A DNA stretch of 64,000 nt from an uncultured Gaiellaceae bacterium (GTDB taxonomy: Bacteria > Actinomycetota > Thermoleophilia > Gaiellales > Gaiellaceae), in assembly GCA_963771185.1 (NCBI GenBank), contig CAVYSL010000011.1:15303-79302 (forward strand), written 5' to 3'. The notes under the pieces were generated by a model, which saw nothing but the letters and a program-made list of their open reading frames with translations, searched no databases and was not told the origin of the DNA. Within the stretch, counting starts at the first letter, position 1; each line of letters starts with the position of its first letter. Both the position numbers and the translations under genes were made by a program. Below, in pieces: positions 9,633 to 17,640 of this stretch.

Positions 9633-10514
9633 CTACACCGCGGCGGGCGCGAGCAGGCCGAGCCGCGCGAGACAGTCGCGCACCCGCTCGCGTTCCTCCT
9701 CGGTCGGGTCGACGAGCGGCAGCCGGTGGCCGCCGACCTCGTGACCGAGCAGGTTCAGGGCCGCCTTGATCGCGATCGGGTTGCCGACCACACGCAGGAG
9801 CTCGATCGAGGGCGCGAGCTCGCGGTCGAGCGTCCGCGCTGCCTCGTGCTCGCCGGCCTTCCAGAGCCGGATCAGCTCCTTCACCTGTGGGCCGACGACG
9901 TGCGTGTGCACGCAGACGCCGCCGACGCCGCCGAGCTCGAGGAACGGCACGATCAGGTCGTCGTCACCGGCGTAGAGGTCGAGGCCGGTCTCGACGATGT
10001 GTCGCGCCTGCGCGAGATCGTCGTACGCCTGCTTGACGGCGCGGACGTTCTCGATCGCGGCCAGCCGGGAGATCGTCTCGGGCTCGATGTTGATCACGAC
10101 CCGGCTGGGGATGTTGTAGACGACGATCGGCCTGTCGGTGGCTGCCGCAACAGCCTCGAAATGGGCGACGATTCCGCGCTGTGGTGGCTTCGAGTAGTAG
10201 GGCGTCACGATCAGGACGGCGTCGACGCCAAGCTCGTGCGCCCGCTCGGTCAGGTGGACAGAATGGCGCGTGTCGTAGGTGCCGGTGCCCGCGACCACGG
10301 TCGCACGGTCGCTGACCTCCTCCAGCGCCGCCGCGTAGAGCTGGAAGCGCTCGTCATCGGAGAGCGTCGGGCTCTCACCTGTGGTTCCGGTGACGACGAG
10401 CCCGTCGGAGCCGTTGTCGACGAGGTGGCGCGCGAGCGCGCGAAAGCTGTCCAGATCGACCGAGCCGTCCCGTTTGAACGGCGTCACGATCGCGGTCAGC
10501 ACCTCGCCGAGCAC
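9633..10514 (-). CDS. dapA: 4-hydroxy-tetrahydrodipicolinate synthase
   Basis: 293-aa ORF with TAIVTPF...GLVVTGTTGESPTLS and IVVYNIPSR motifs typical of DapA. Confidence 0.9.
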   Translation of the reverse strand: MLGEVLTAIVTPFKRDGSVDLDSFRALARHLVDNGSDGLVVTGTTGESPTLSDDERFQLYAAALEEVSDRATVVAGTGTYDTRHSVHLTERAHELGVDAVLIVTPYYSKPPQRGIVAHFEAVAAATDRPIVVYNIPSRVVINIEPETISRLAAIENVRAVKQAYDDLAQARHIVETGLDLYAGDDDLIVPFLELGGVGGVCVHTHVVGPQVKELIRLWKAGEHEAARTLDRELAPSIELLRVVGNPIAIKAALNLLGHEVGGHRLPLVDPTEEERERVRDCLARLGLLAPAAV

Positions 10515-10558
10515 GTCCAGATCCTACATCGACGCTCGAAGCTGCCGACTACCGGCGC

Positions 10559-10885
10559 ATGCGGTTCGGCCTTCTCCTGCTCCTGCCTGCCCTGTTCGCC
10601 GGCCCGGCGCTGACCGGGTCGAACATCGTGCCGCCGGAATCCGCAGGCGGCGGCACCGGTGTCATCAGCGGCTACGCCGTCTCGTCGATCTCCTACTCGC
10701 TCGACGACGAGACGATCGACACCGTCTCGTTCGCCCTCTCGCCCGCGGGTGCGGCGACCGTGCAGGCAAGGCTTGCTGCGAGCGAGCCCTGGACTGCGTG
10801 CACGCTCGCCGGTGCGACGGCGTCGTGCCCGGTCGAGACGCCGGTCGCAGCGGCAAGCGCTCTCGACGTCGTCGCCGCCGGCTGA
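10559..10885 (+). CDS. small secreted hypothetical protein (108 aa)
   Basis: ATG start and a hydrophobic signal-like N-terminus MRFGLLLLLPALFAGPALTG. Divergent from dapA. No family recognised. Confidence 0.45.
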   Translation: MRFGLLLLLPALFAGPALTGSNIVPPESAGGGTGVISGYAVSSISYSLDDETIDTVSFALSPAGAATVQARLAASEPWTACTLAGATASCPVETPVAAASALDVVAAG

Positions 10886-11008
10886 CACTTGACAGACGCC
10901 GGTCGGCGCGGAACAGTCGTCTCTGCGGTCCACGTCGGCCGGTAGTTCGCGGTCGGCCCCCCCTGCGGCGGCGGCAGGCCGTTCGAGCACCCCGGCGTGG
11001 CCCGCGCT

Positions 11009-11617
11009 TTAGAGGAGGGCGTCGAGCCCGACCGTGAGCCCCGGCGGGAGAGAGCGCACCTTCTCCAACGCGAGCAGGACACCCGGGACGTAGGCGTCGC
11101 GCGAAGTGGTGTCGTGCCGGATCGTCAGCGTCTGGCCCGGCCCGCCGAAGATCACCTCCTGGTGGGCGACGAGGCCCGGCAGCCGGACGGAATGGATCGG
11201 CGTGCCTGCCGGCAGCAGCGCCGCCGTTGCTTTCGCCGTCCCCGAGGGCGCGTCCAGCTTCTGGTCGTGGTGGAGCTCGACGATCTCGGCGTGCGGCAGC
11301 AGCTTCCCGGCCTCCGCTGCGAAGCGCATCATCAGCACCGCTCCGAGCGCGAAGTTGGGCGCGTAGAAGACGGGCAGCTCGTGCACCCGCGCGAGCGCGG
11401 CGACCCGCTCCTCGTTGAAGCCGGTCGTCCCGACCACGACCGGGACGCCGTCCTCGAGCGCCACCCTGACGTTCTCCTCGACCGCCTCGGGCCGCGTGAA
11501 GTCGACGGCGACCTCGGCGTCGTGGGTCGACTCGACGAGCTCGTGCCCGGCGGCCTCGAGCGCCGGCGCGAGCACGGAGCCGACCTTGCCGCGGCGGCCG
11601 AAGAGGACGACTTTCAC
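11009..11617 (-). CDS. dapB: 4-hydroxy-tetrahydrodipicolinate reductase (short form, about 202 aa)
   Basis: The tail of ORF 11009-11968 reads VKVVLFGRRGKVGS...ELHHDQKLDAPSGTA... (DapB signature E-L-H-H-x-x-K-x-D-A-P-S-G-T-A). GTG at 11617 overlaps the M16 peptidase stop (GTGA). Confidence 0.88.
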   Translation of the reverse strand: MKVVLFGRRGKVGSVLAPALEAAGHELVESTHDAEVAVDFTRPEAVEENVRVALEDGVPVVVGTTGFNEERVAALARVHELPVFYAPNFALGAVLMMRFAAEAGKLLPHAEIVELHHDQKLDAPSGTAKATAALLPAGTPIHSVRLPGLVAHQEVIFGGPGQTLTIRHDTTSRDAYVPGVLLALEKVRSLPPGLTVGLDALL

Positions 11618-12900
11618 GCGGCGGCGCGCTCCACCAGCGCGGGGTTGACGCGCTCGATCGCCGTGCGGAAGCGCGACTCGGAGGGACCGATCCCTGCGGC
11701 GGAGAGCCGGTCGAGCCGGAGCAGGTCGGCGGCGAGCTCGGCGACGTCGTCGGCCGTGACCGCCTCGACCCGGGCGACGAGCTCGTCGAGCGAGAGCAGG
11801 TCGGTATCGCTGATCAGCGACTTCCCGAGCCGGCTCATCCGGTTCGACGTCGACTCGAGGGAGAGCAGCATCCGGCCCTTCAAGTTCTCCTGTGCGCGCT
11901 CGAGCTCCCCCGGCCTGACGTTCCCGGCTGCGACGTCCGCGAGCTCGCGCGCGACGATCTCGAAGCACTCGACGAGGTTCTCCTCGCGCGTGCCGACGTA
12001 AAGCCCGATCTGGCCCGAGTCGGAGTACTGGGAGGCGAAGCTGTAGACCGAATAGGCCATCCCGCGCTTCTCGCGGATCTCCTGGAAGAGCCGCGACGAC
12101 GCGGAGCCGCCGATGATCGAGTCGAGCAGCGAGGCGGCGAAGCGTCGCTCGTCGCGGCGCGAGATCCCGGGCGCACCCAGGCAGACGTGGTACTGCTCCG
12201 TCGCCTTCCGCTGGAAGCGGTAGCCGGGTGGCGGCACGCGTCCGAACGGCTTCCGCGCGCGGCGCGGGTTCGACTCGGTCGCGGGCAGCCGGGCGCCGAG
12301 CAGCTCGACGACACGGTCGTGCGTGACGTTTCCGGCGGCTGCGACGACGATGTTGTCGGCCGCGTAGGCCGCTCGGTGGTACGCGGTCAGCGCCTTCCGG
12401 CTGACGCTCGAGATCACCTCGGCGCGGCCGATCACGGGCCGGCCGATCGGGTGACCGCCGAAGATCGCCTCAGCGACGACGTCGTGAACGAGGTCCTGCG
12501 GGTTGTCGTCGACCATCGCGATCTCTTCGAGCACGACCTCGCGCTCGGAGTCGATCTCGGCGAAGGCGGGCTCGTACACCATCCCGGCCATCACGTCGAG
12601 CGCCGGCTCGAGCCGGTCATCGGGGACGCGGGCGTAGACGAGCGTCGTCTCGCGCGACGTGGCCGCGTTCAGCTCGCCGCCGAGACCGTCGAAGATCTCT
12701 GCGATCTCCTGCGCGGAGTGCGTGCTCGTGCCCTTGAAGAGCAGGTGCTCGATGAAGTGGGAAACACCCGCGCGCGCGTCCGTCTCGTCGCGAGAGCCGG
12801 TGCCGATCCAGAAGCCGAACGAGACCGAGCGCACGTTCGGGACGTGCTCGGTGATCACGCGCTCGCCGGTCGGGAGCGTCGAGAGGTCGTACGGCTGCAT
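11614..12900 (-). CDS. M16-family (insulinase/PepR-like) zinc peptidase
   Basis: 428-aa ORF with the inverted zinc motif HFIEH (HxxEH) near the N-terminus. Its position next to dapB matches many Actinobacteria. Confidence 0.9.
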   Translation of the reverse strand: MQPYDLSTLPTGERVITEHVPNVRSVSFGFWIGTGSRDETDARAGVSHFIEHLLFKGTSTHSAQEIAEIFDGLGGELNAATSRETTLVYARVPDDRLEPALDVMAGMVYEPAFAEIDSEREVVLEEIAMVDDNPQDLVHDVVAEAIFGGHPIGRPVIGRAEVISSVSRKALTAYHRAAYAADNIVVAAAGNVTHDRVVELLGARLPATESNPRRARKPFGRVPPPGYRFQRKATEQYHVCLGAPGISRRDERRFAASLLDSIIGGSASSRLFQEIREKRGMAYSVYSFASQYSDSGQIGLYVGTREENLVECFEIVARELADVAAGNVRPGELERAQENLKGRMLLSLESTSNRMSRLGKSLISDTDLLSLDELVARVEAVTADDVAELAADLLRLDRLSAAGIGPSESRFRTAIERVNPALVERAAA

Positions 12901-12927
12901 CGGCGGATCCTAGCTCCGCCTGCCCGC

Positions 12928-12956
12928 TTGACATCCGTCGGCGTTCGTACTTAGGT
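12928..12956 (+). promoter_or_regulatory. candidate sigma-70-type promoter of the Hcp-like gene
   Basis: Perfect -35 TTGACA (12928-12933), a 17-bp spacer, then a weak -10 TTAGGT (12951-12956). This is followed by SD GGAAGGGGGG (12965-12974). Confidence 0.35.
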
Positions 12957-12979
12957 CCCCCGCAGGAAGGGGGGAAGCC

Positions 12980-13462
12980 ACGGCCGCCATCGACTACTTC
13001 CTGAAGCTGGACGGAATCTCGGGCGAGAGCAAGGACTCGAAGCACAAGGGCGAGATCGAGGTCCTGTCGTTCACGTTCGGCGAGACGCGGAGCGGCTCAT
13101 CCGGCAGCGTCGGCGGCGGCGCCGGCAAGGTCGAGATGACCGACTTCTCCTTCACCGCGCGGACGAGCAAGGCGTCGCCCCAGCTCTTCCTGCAATGCGC
13201 GCAGGGCAAGCACATCAAGCAGGCGATCCTGACCGTCCGCAAGGCCGGCGGGTCGCAGCAGGAGTACCTGATCATCAAGCTGAACGACGTGCTCGTCTCC
13301 AGCTATGCGCTCGGCTCCGGCGAGGGCGAGAGCGAGCCGCACGATGCCTTCGCGCTCAACTTCGTCAAGCTCTCGTACGACTACAAGCCGCAGAAGGCGG
13401 ACGGCTCGCTCGACGCGCCGGTGCACGCCGGCTGGGACCTGTCGAAGAACGTCAAGATCTGA
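12980..13462 (+). CDS. hcp: Hcp1-family (type VI secretion tube protein-like, PF05638-like) protein; no canonical start codon at the expected position
   Basis: The frame is open from 12932. It reads (T)AAIDYFLKLDGISGESKDSKHKGEIEVLSFTFG...FSFTARTSKASPQLFLQCAQGKHIKQAILTVRKAG...YLIIKLNDVLVSSY...FALNFVKLSYDY. This closely resembles the Hcp consensus MA-ID-FLK-DGI-GES-D-KHK-EI-V-S. The ORF track only reports the internal ATG at 13136. Confidence 0.75.
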   Translation, partial: TAAIDYFLKLDGISGESKDSKHKGEIEVLSFTFGETRSGSSGSVGGGAGKVEMTDFSFTARTSKASPQLFLQCAQGKHIKQAILTVRKAGGSQQEYLIIKLNDVLVSSYALGSGEGESEPHDAFALNFVKLSYDYKPQKADGSLDAPVHAGWDLSKNVKI

Positions 13463-14871
13463 AGCCGCCTCCCGTCCCGCCGGCGGCCGAGACCGCAGCG
13501 CGACTGCGGGAGGAGCTCGCGGCCGCGGACTACACCGGCGTCGGGATCGCGCGGCGCCTGCACACGAGCGGCGAACCGATTTTCACGCACGTCGACCTGG
13601 AGGTCTACCGGCGCCGGCTCGCTGCCGTGCCCGATCGCCTCTCGCTGCTGATCTCGCTCCTCCTCCTCGGCGACCCCGCGCCGCCCGACGAGCTCGCGCC
13701 GCTGCTGGTCGAGGCAGAGCTCGCCGAGGAGCGCGACGGCTCGCTGCACGGGCTCGCCCGTGTCGTCCCGCACGACGACCTCCTGATCGCGTCCGACCGG
13801 CTCGACGTCGACGACGCGGACCGCGTCGCAGGCGTCCATCGACCATCGGCTGTGCTCGCCCACCTGACGGTCCGCGAGCCGGTCGACCGGGCGCTCGACC
13901 TCTGCACCGGGAACGGGATCCAGGCGCTCCTGCTCTCGCGCCACGCCCGGCATGTCGTCGCGACCGACGTGAACGAGCGCGCGCTCGGCTTCGCCCGCCT
14001 CAACCTAACGCTGAACGACGTCGCGAACGTCGAGCTCCGGCAGGGCAGTCTCTTGGATCCGGTCGTCGGCGAGACGTTTCATTGCATCGCCTGCAACCCG
14101 CCCTACGTCGTCTCGCCGGACGCCGCGTACACCTTCCGCGACAGCGGCCTCCCCGGCGACCGCGTCAGCGAGCTGCTCGCCCGCGGTCTGCCCGCTCTGC
14201 TCGAGCCGGGCGGCTTCGCCACCCTGATGGCGAGCTGGGCACAAGCAGGGGACGACCCCGCCGTGCGACCGCGCGAGTGGCTCGACGGCTGCGGCTGCGA
14301 CGCCTGGATCCTGCACACGACCACCGACGACCCGCTCTCGAACGCGGCCGCGTGGACGCGGGACGCAGTGGACGGCGCGAACGAGTTCGCGGCCGCGCTC
14401 GATCGCTGGACGGGGTACTACGACGAGCTCGGGATCGAAGCGCTGGCGTACGGCGCGCTCGTGCTGCGGCGCCGCGACGGCGTCAACTGGTCGCGCGGGA
14501 CGAGCCTGCCGCCCCGGCCGCTCGAGTCCGCCTCGACCCACCTGCTGCGGATGTTCGCCGGCGTCGACGCGGCCGCTGCCGGCCCGGAAGCGCTGCTCGC
14601 ACGCCGCCTCGTCGTCGCGCCGACGGCCCGCTTCGAGCAGGTCGTCTCGCCGGGTGACGGCTGGACCGTTGTCAGCGCCACCCTCTCGCTCGAGGACGGG
14701 CTCGGCTTCTCCGCCGACGTCGACGAGCCGACGCTGCGGCTGCTGCGGGCGCTCGACGGCACACGAACCGCCCGCGAGGCGGTGGCCGCCTCGCTCGGCG
14801 AGGACGAGCTGCCCCGCGCAGCCGAGCTCCTGCGCGGGATGCTCGAGACCGGCTTTCTCGTCCTGGAATGA
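13459..14871 (+). CDS. class I SAM-dependent methyltransferase (NPPY-type); start uncertain, possibly CTG at 13459
   Basis: The real-looking sequence begins about AAETAARLREELAAADYTGVGIARRL. It has the SAM-binding motif LDLCTGNGIQAL and the catalytic-type motif IACNPPYV. The only ATG/GTG/TTG in frame upstream is 13195, which overlaps hcp by 268 nt and gives an Arg-rich junk N-terminus. Confidence 0.75.
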   Translation: MKPPPVPPAAETAARLREELAAADYTGVGIARRLHTSGEPIFTHVDLEVYRRRLAAVPDRLSLLISLLLLGDPAPPDELAPLLVEAELAEERDGSLHGLARVVPHDDLLIASDRLDVDDADRVAGVHRPSAVLAHLTVREPVDRALDLCTGNGIQALLLSRHARHVVATDVNERALGFARLNLTLNDVANVELRQGSLLDPVVGETFHCIACNPPYVVSPDAAYTFRDSGLPGDRVSELLARGLPALLEPGGFATLMASWAQAGDDPAVRPREWLDGCGCDAWILHTTTDDPLSNAAAWTRDAVDGANEFAAALDRWTGYYDELGIEALAYGALVLRRRDGVNWSRGTSLPPRPLESASTHLLRMFAGVDAAAAGPEALLARRLVVAPTARFEQVVSPGDGWTVVSATLSLEDGLGFSADVDEPTLRLLRALDGTRTAREAVAASLGEDELPRAAELLRGMLETGFLVLE

Positions 14872-14901
14872 ACGAGGGGGCGGCTTGCGCCGCCCCCTCG
14901 T
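14872..14901. terminator. GC hairpin (13-bp perfect stem) immediately after the methyltransferase stop
   Basis: acgagggggcggc-ttgc-gccgccccctcgt. It lies between convergent genes. No strong T-tract. Confidence 0.5.
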
Positions 14902-14948
14902 AGCCGTTCCCCCGGAGCGCGGCGAAGCCGCGCTGCACCTACCCCGCT

Positions 14949-14977
14949 GATCGGATCCCGCAGAGCGGGATCCGATC
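14949..14977. terminator. GC hairpin (13-bp perfect stem) in the convergent intergenic region
   Basis: gatcggatcccgc-aga-gcgggatccgatc. Confidence 0.4.
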
Positions 14978-14994
14978 GCGAAGACCCCTAAAGG

Positions 14995-15018
14995 AGAGGG
15001 CGGCTCGCGCCGCCCTCT
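14995..15018. terminator. GC hairpin (10-bp stem) downstream of pnp; its sequence is related to the hairpin at 14872
   Basis: agagggcggc-tcgc-gccgccctct. On the minus strand it is followed by CCTTTAGGGG. Confidence 0.45.
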
Positions 15019-15052
15019 GACCAGCTCTTACTCGGACCGATCCCCGAGCTGC

Positions 15053-17530
15053 CTAGTCGCGGCGCGGGCCGCGGTCGCGGCCGCCGCGGCCGCGATCGTC
15101 GCGGCGCGGGCGCTCCTCCTCCGGAGGCCGCGGCGGTGCCGACTTCGCCCGCTCGATCAGCTCCTCCGGCTCGACGAGCCGTCCGTCCTCGTGCTTGTGG
15201 ACGAGCTTGAGGCCGATCCGGCCCCGCGCCTTGTCCACCTCCTGCACGATCACGTCGACGACGTCGCCGCGCGACATCACGTCCTCGATGTGCGCGACAC
15301 GGCCCGGGCCCACGTTCGAGACGTGGAGCAGGCCATCGGTGCCCTTCTTCAGCTCGACGAAGGCGCCGAACTGCGTCGTCTTCACGACCTTGCCGGTGAA
15401 GGTGTCCCCCACCTCGGGCTCCTTGGTCAGCGCCGCGATCGCGCCGATCGCCGCGTCCGCCTTCGTGCCCTCGGTCGCGTAGACGAGGATCGTGCCGTCC
15501 TCCTCGATGTCGATCTGGACGTCGTACTCGGACTCGAGCGAACGGATCGTCTCGCCGCCCTTGCCGATCACCATCCCGATGAAGTCCGGGTTGATCTGGA
15601 TCGAGGAGATCCGCGGCGCGTGCGCCGCCAGCTCCGTCCGGGCCTCGGGCAGCGCCTCGAGCATCCGGTCGAGGATGAAGTTACGGGCCTGATTCGCCTG
15701 ATCGAGAGCGCCGCGCATGATCTCCTGCGTGACGCCGGTGATCTTGATGTCCATCTGCAGCGCGGTGATCCCGTCCCTCGTGCCGGCGACCTTGAAGTCC
15801 ATGTCGCCCAGGTGGTCCTCCGCGCCCTGGATGTCGGTGAGGATGACGTAGTCGTCGCCCTCCTTGACGAGGCCCATCGCGATGCCGGAGACCGGCGCCG
15901 TGATCGGGACACCGGCGTCCATCAGCGCGAGCGTCGAGCCGCAGACCGAGCCCATCGACGAGGAGCCGTTCGACTCCAGCGTCTCCGAGACGATCCGGAT
16001 CGTGTACGGGAAGTCCTCGGCCGACGGGATGACCGCCTCGAGGGCCCGCTGCGCCAGCGCACCGTGGCCGATGTCACGCCGCTTCGGGCCGCGCATGAAG
16101 CCCGTCTCCCCGACCGAGTAGGGCGGGAAGTTGTAGTGATGCATGAAGCGGCGATCGGTTTCGAGCGAGAGGTCGTCGATCCGCTGACCCTCCTTCGCCG
16201 TGCCGAGCGTCAGCAGCGAGAGCACCTGCGTCTGTCCACGCTGGAAGAGACCCGTGCCGTGCGCGCGGGGACTGACCGTCACCTCGCACTCGATCGGGCG
16301 AATCTCGTCCGCTGCGCGGCCGTCGGGCCGGCGCTTCTCGACCGCGATCTTCTTGCGGACGAGATCCTTGTAGATCGCCTCGGCCGCCTTCTTCACGTAG
16401 CTCTTCGTCAGCGCGTCCTTGACGGTGGGGCCTTCGCCCTCGACCGTCGCCGGACCGACCGGGAAGGGCAGCTCGACGGTGTCGACGATCCGGTCGAAGA
16501 GGAGGTGCCGCTTCGCGGACTTGAGCTCCTTCGAATCGTCCTCGGCGTCCGTGAGGGCGCGCAGATCGGACTCGAACTGCTCCCGCACCGGGCCCTCGAC
16601 CGCCGCGAGCCGCAGCTTCTCGAGCAGCAACGCGATGCTCGCCTTGACCTGGACCTGCCGTTGGATGTCCTCGTCGCTCGAGTCCATCGAGAGCTCGGGT
16701 GCGAGCTCGGCGAGGATCGCCGACTCGACCGACGCTGACTCGCGGAGACCATCGTGCTGGATCCGCTCCCAGATCACGTGCCCGTGGGAGCTCTCGATCT
16801 CGGCGGTCACGTCCATGTCGAGCCACTTCGCCTTGCCCGCCTGGCGACGCAGGTCCTCCTGCGCCTCGCAGAGCTTGCGGATCTCCTCGTGTGCCAGCTC
16901 GAACGCCTCGAGCAGGACGTCCTCGGCGACCTCGGACGCACCGGCCTCGATCATCGTCAGGCCGTCCTTCGTGCCGACGACGATCAGGTCGAGCGCCGAC
17001 TCCTCGAAGTTCTGCTCATGGGTCGGGTTGACGACGAACTCGCCGTCGATCCGGCCGATCCGCACCGCGCCGACCGGGCCGAAGAACGGCAGCGGCGAGA
17101 GCATCAGGGCCGCGGAGGCGCCGTTGATGCAGAGGATGTCGTGCGGCGTGACCAGGTCGGCCGACAGGACGGTGCAGATCACCTGCACCTCGTTGCGGAA
17201 GCCCTTCGGCCAGAGCGGCCGGATCGGGCGGTCGATCATGCGTGCGGTCAGCGTCGCGCGCTCGGTGGCGCGGCCCTCCCGCTTGAAGAAGCCGCCCGGG
17301 ATCTTCCCGGCGGCGTACGCGCGCTCTTCGACGTCTACGGTGAGCGGGAAGAAGTCCGCTCCCTCGCGCGCCTCGGGACGGCCGACGGCCGTCGCCAGAA
17401 CCATTGTGTCGCCGGAGCGAACGACGACTGCGCCGTCCGCCTGCTTGGCGAGCTTGCCCGTCTCGAAGGTGATCTCCTTGCCACCGATCTCGACGGACGA
17501 CGAGGCAATCTGCCCCAGTACCGTGCTCAT
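15053..17530 (-). CDS. pnp: polyribonucleotide nucleotidyltransferase (PNPase) with an Arg-rich C-terminal tail
   Basis: 825-aa ORF with two RNase PH domains, KH (GKGGETIRSL) and S1 (GDTFTGKVVKTTQFGAFVEL) domains. Confidence 0.95.
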   Translation of the reverse strand: MSTVLGQIASSSVEIGGKEITFETGKLAKQADGAVVVRSGDTMVLATAVGRPEAREGADFFPLTVDVEERAYAAGKIPGGFFKREGRATERATLTARMIDRPIRPLWPKGFRNEVQVICTVLSADLVTPHDILCINGASAALMLSPLPFFGPVGAVRIGRIDGEFVVNPTHEQNFEESALDLIVVGTKDGLTMIEAGASEVAEDVLLEAFELAHEEIRKLCEAQEDLRRQAGKAKWLDMDVTAEIESSHGHVIWERIQHDGLRESASVESAILAELAPELSMDSSDEDIQRQVQVKASIALLLEKLRLAAVEGPVREQFESDLRALTDAEDDSKELKSAKRHLLFDRIVDTVELPFPVGPATVEGEGPTVKDALTKSYVKKAAEAIYKDLVRKKIAVEKRRPDGRAADEIRPIECEVTVSPRAHGTGLFQRGQTQVLSLLTLGTAKEGQRIDDLSLETDRRFMHHYNFPPYSVGETGFMRGPKRRDIGHGALAQRALEAVIPSAEDFPYTIRIVSETLESNGSSSMGSVCGSTLALMDAGVPITAPVSGIAMGLVKEGDDYVILTDIQGAEDHLGDMDFKVAGTRDGITALQMDIKITGVTQEIMRGALDQANQARNFILDRMLEALPEARTELAAHAPRISSIQINPDFIGMVIGKGGETIRSLESEYDVQIDIEEDGTILVYATEGTKADAAIGAIAALTKEPEVGDTFTGKVVKTTQFGAFVELKKGTDGLLHVSNVGPGRVAHIEDVMSRGDVVDVIVQEVDKARGRIGLKLVHKHEDGRLVEPEELIERAKSAPPRPPEEERPRRDDRGRGGRDRGPRRD

Positions 17531-17640
17531 TCCATGTCCTCCACTCTGCTTGGTGGAGAGTGGAAGTTTGGATCAGGCCTGCATTTGGGGGCCTCATCCA
17601 AGCTTCCACTCTCCCGGATAGAGAGCTAGCGCCCGAGGCT
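17531..17640 (-). promoter_or_regulatory. structured rpsO-pnp intergenic leader (candidate pnp autoregulatory/processing hairpins)
   Basis: Seen: ccactct...agagtgg pairing at about 17544-17566. A long imperfect hairpin ggaagtttggat...atccaagcttcc at about 17564-17609. ccactct is repeated again at about 17608-17614. Confidence 0.45.

Noticed and set aside
8418-10613. Long plus-strand ORFs antisense to conserved genes (8418-10613, 34751-37588, 38994-41153, 42458-44398, 46711-49815, 31909-34548 upstream part, and others)
   Set aside because: Their translations are dominated by R, A, G, P, D and E with no recognisable motifs. Each lies exactly opposite or out of frame to a strongly recognisable gene (rnj/dapA, the surface protein, TGase, MoxR/coaBC, carB, GspE). 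They are shadow ORFs of a high-GC genome.
12980-13462. Calling this a type VI secretion locus
   Set aside because: Only an Hcp-like gene is present. No sheath, baseplate, VgrG/PAAR, ClpV or membrane-complex genes are in the 64 kb, and the flanking genes are core housekeeping. It is reported as an orphan Hcp-like gene only.
13195-13462. Using the ATG at 13195 as the methyltransferase start, or proposing programmed -1 frameshifting that fuses Hcp to the methyltransferase
   Set aside because: The start at 13195 would overlap hcp by 268 nt with an Arg-rich, non-protein-like N-terminus. For frameshifting, no slippery heptamer or downstream stimulatory structure is visible near 13440-13462.
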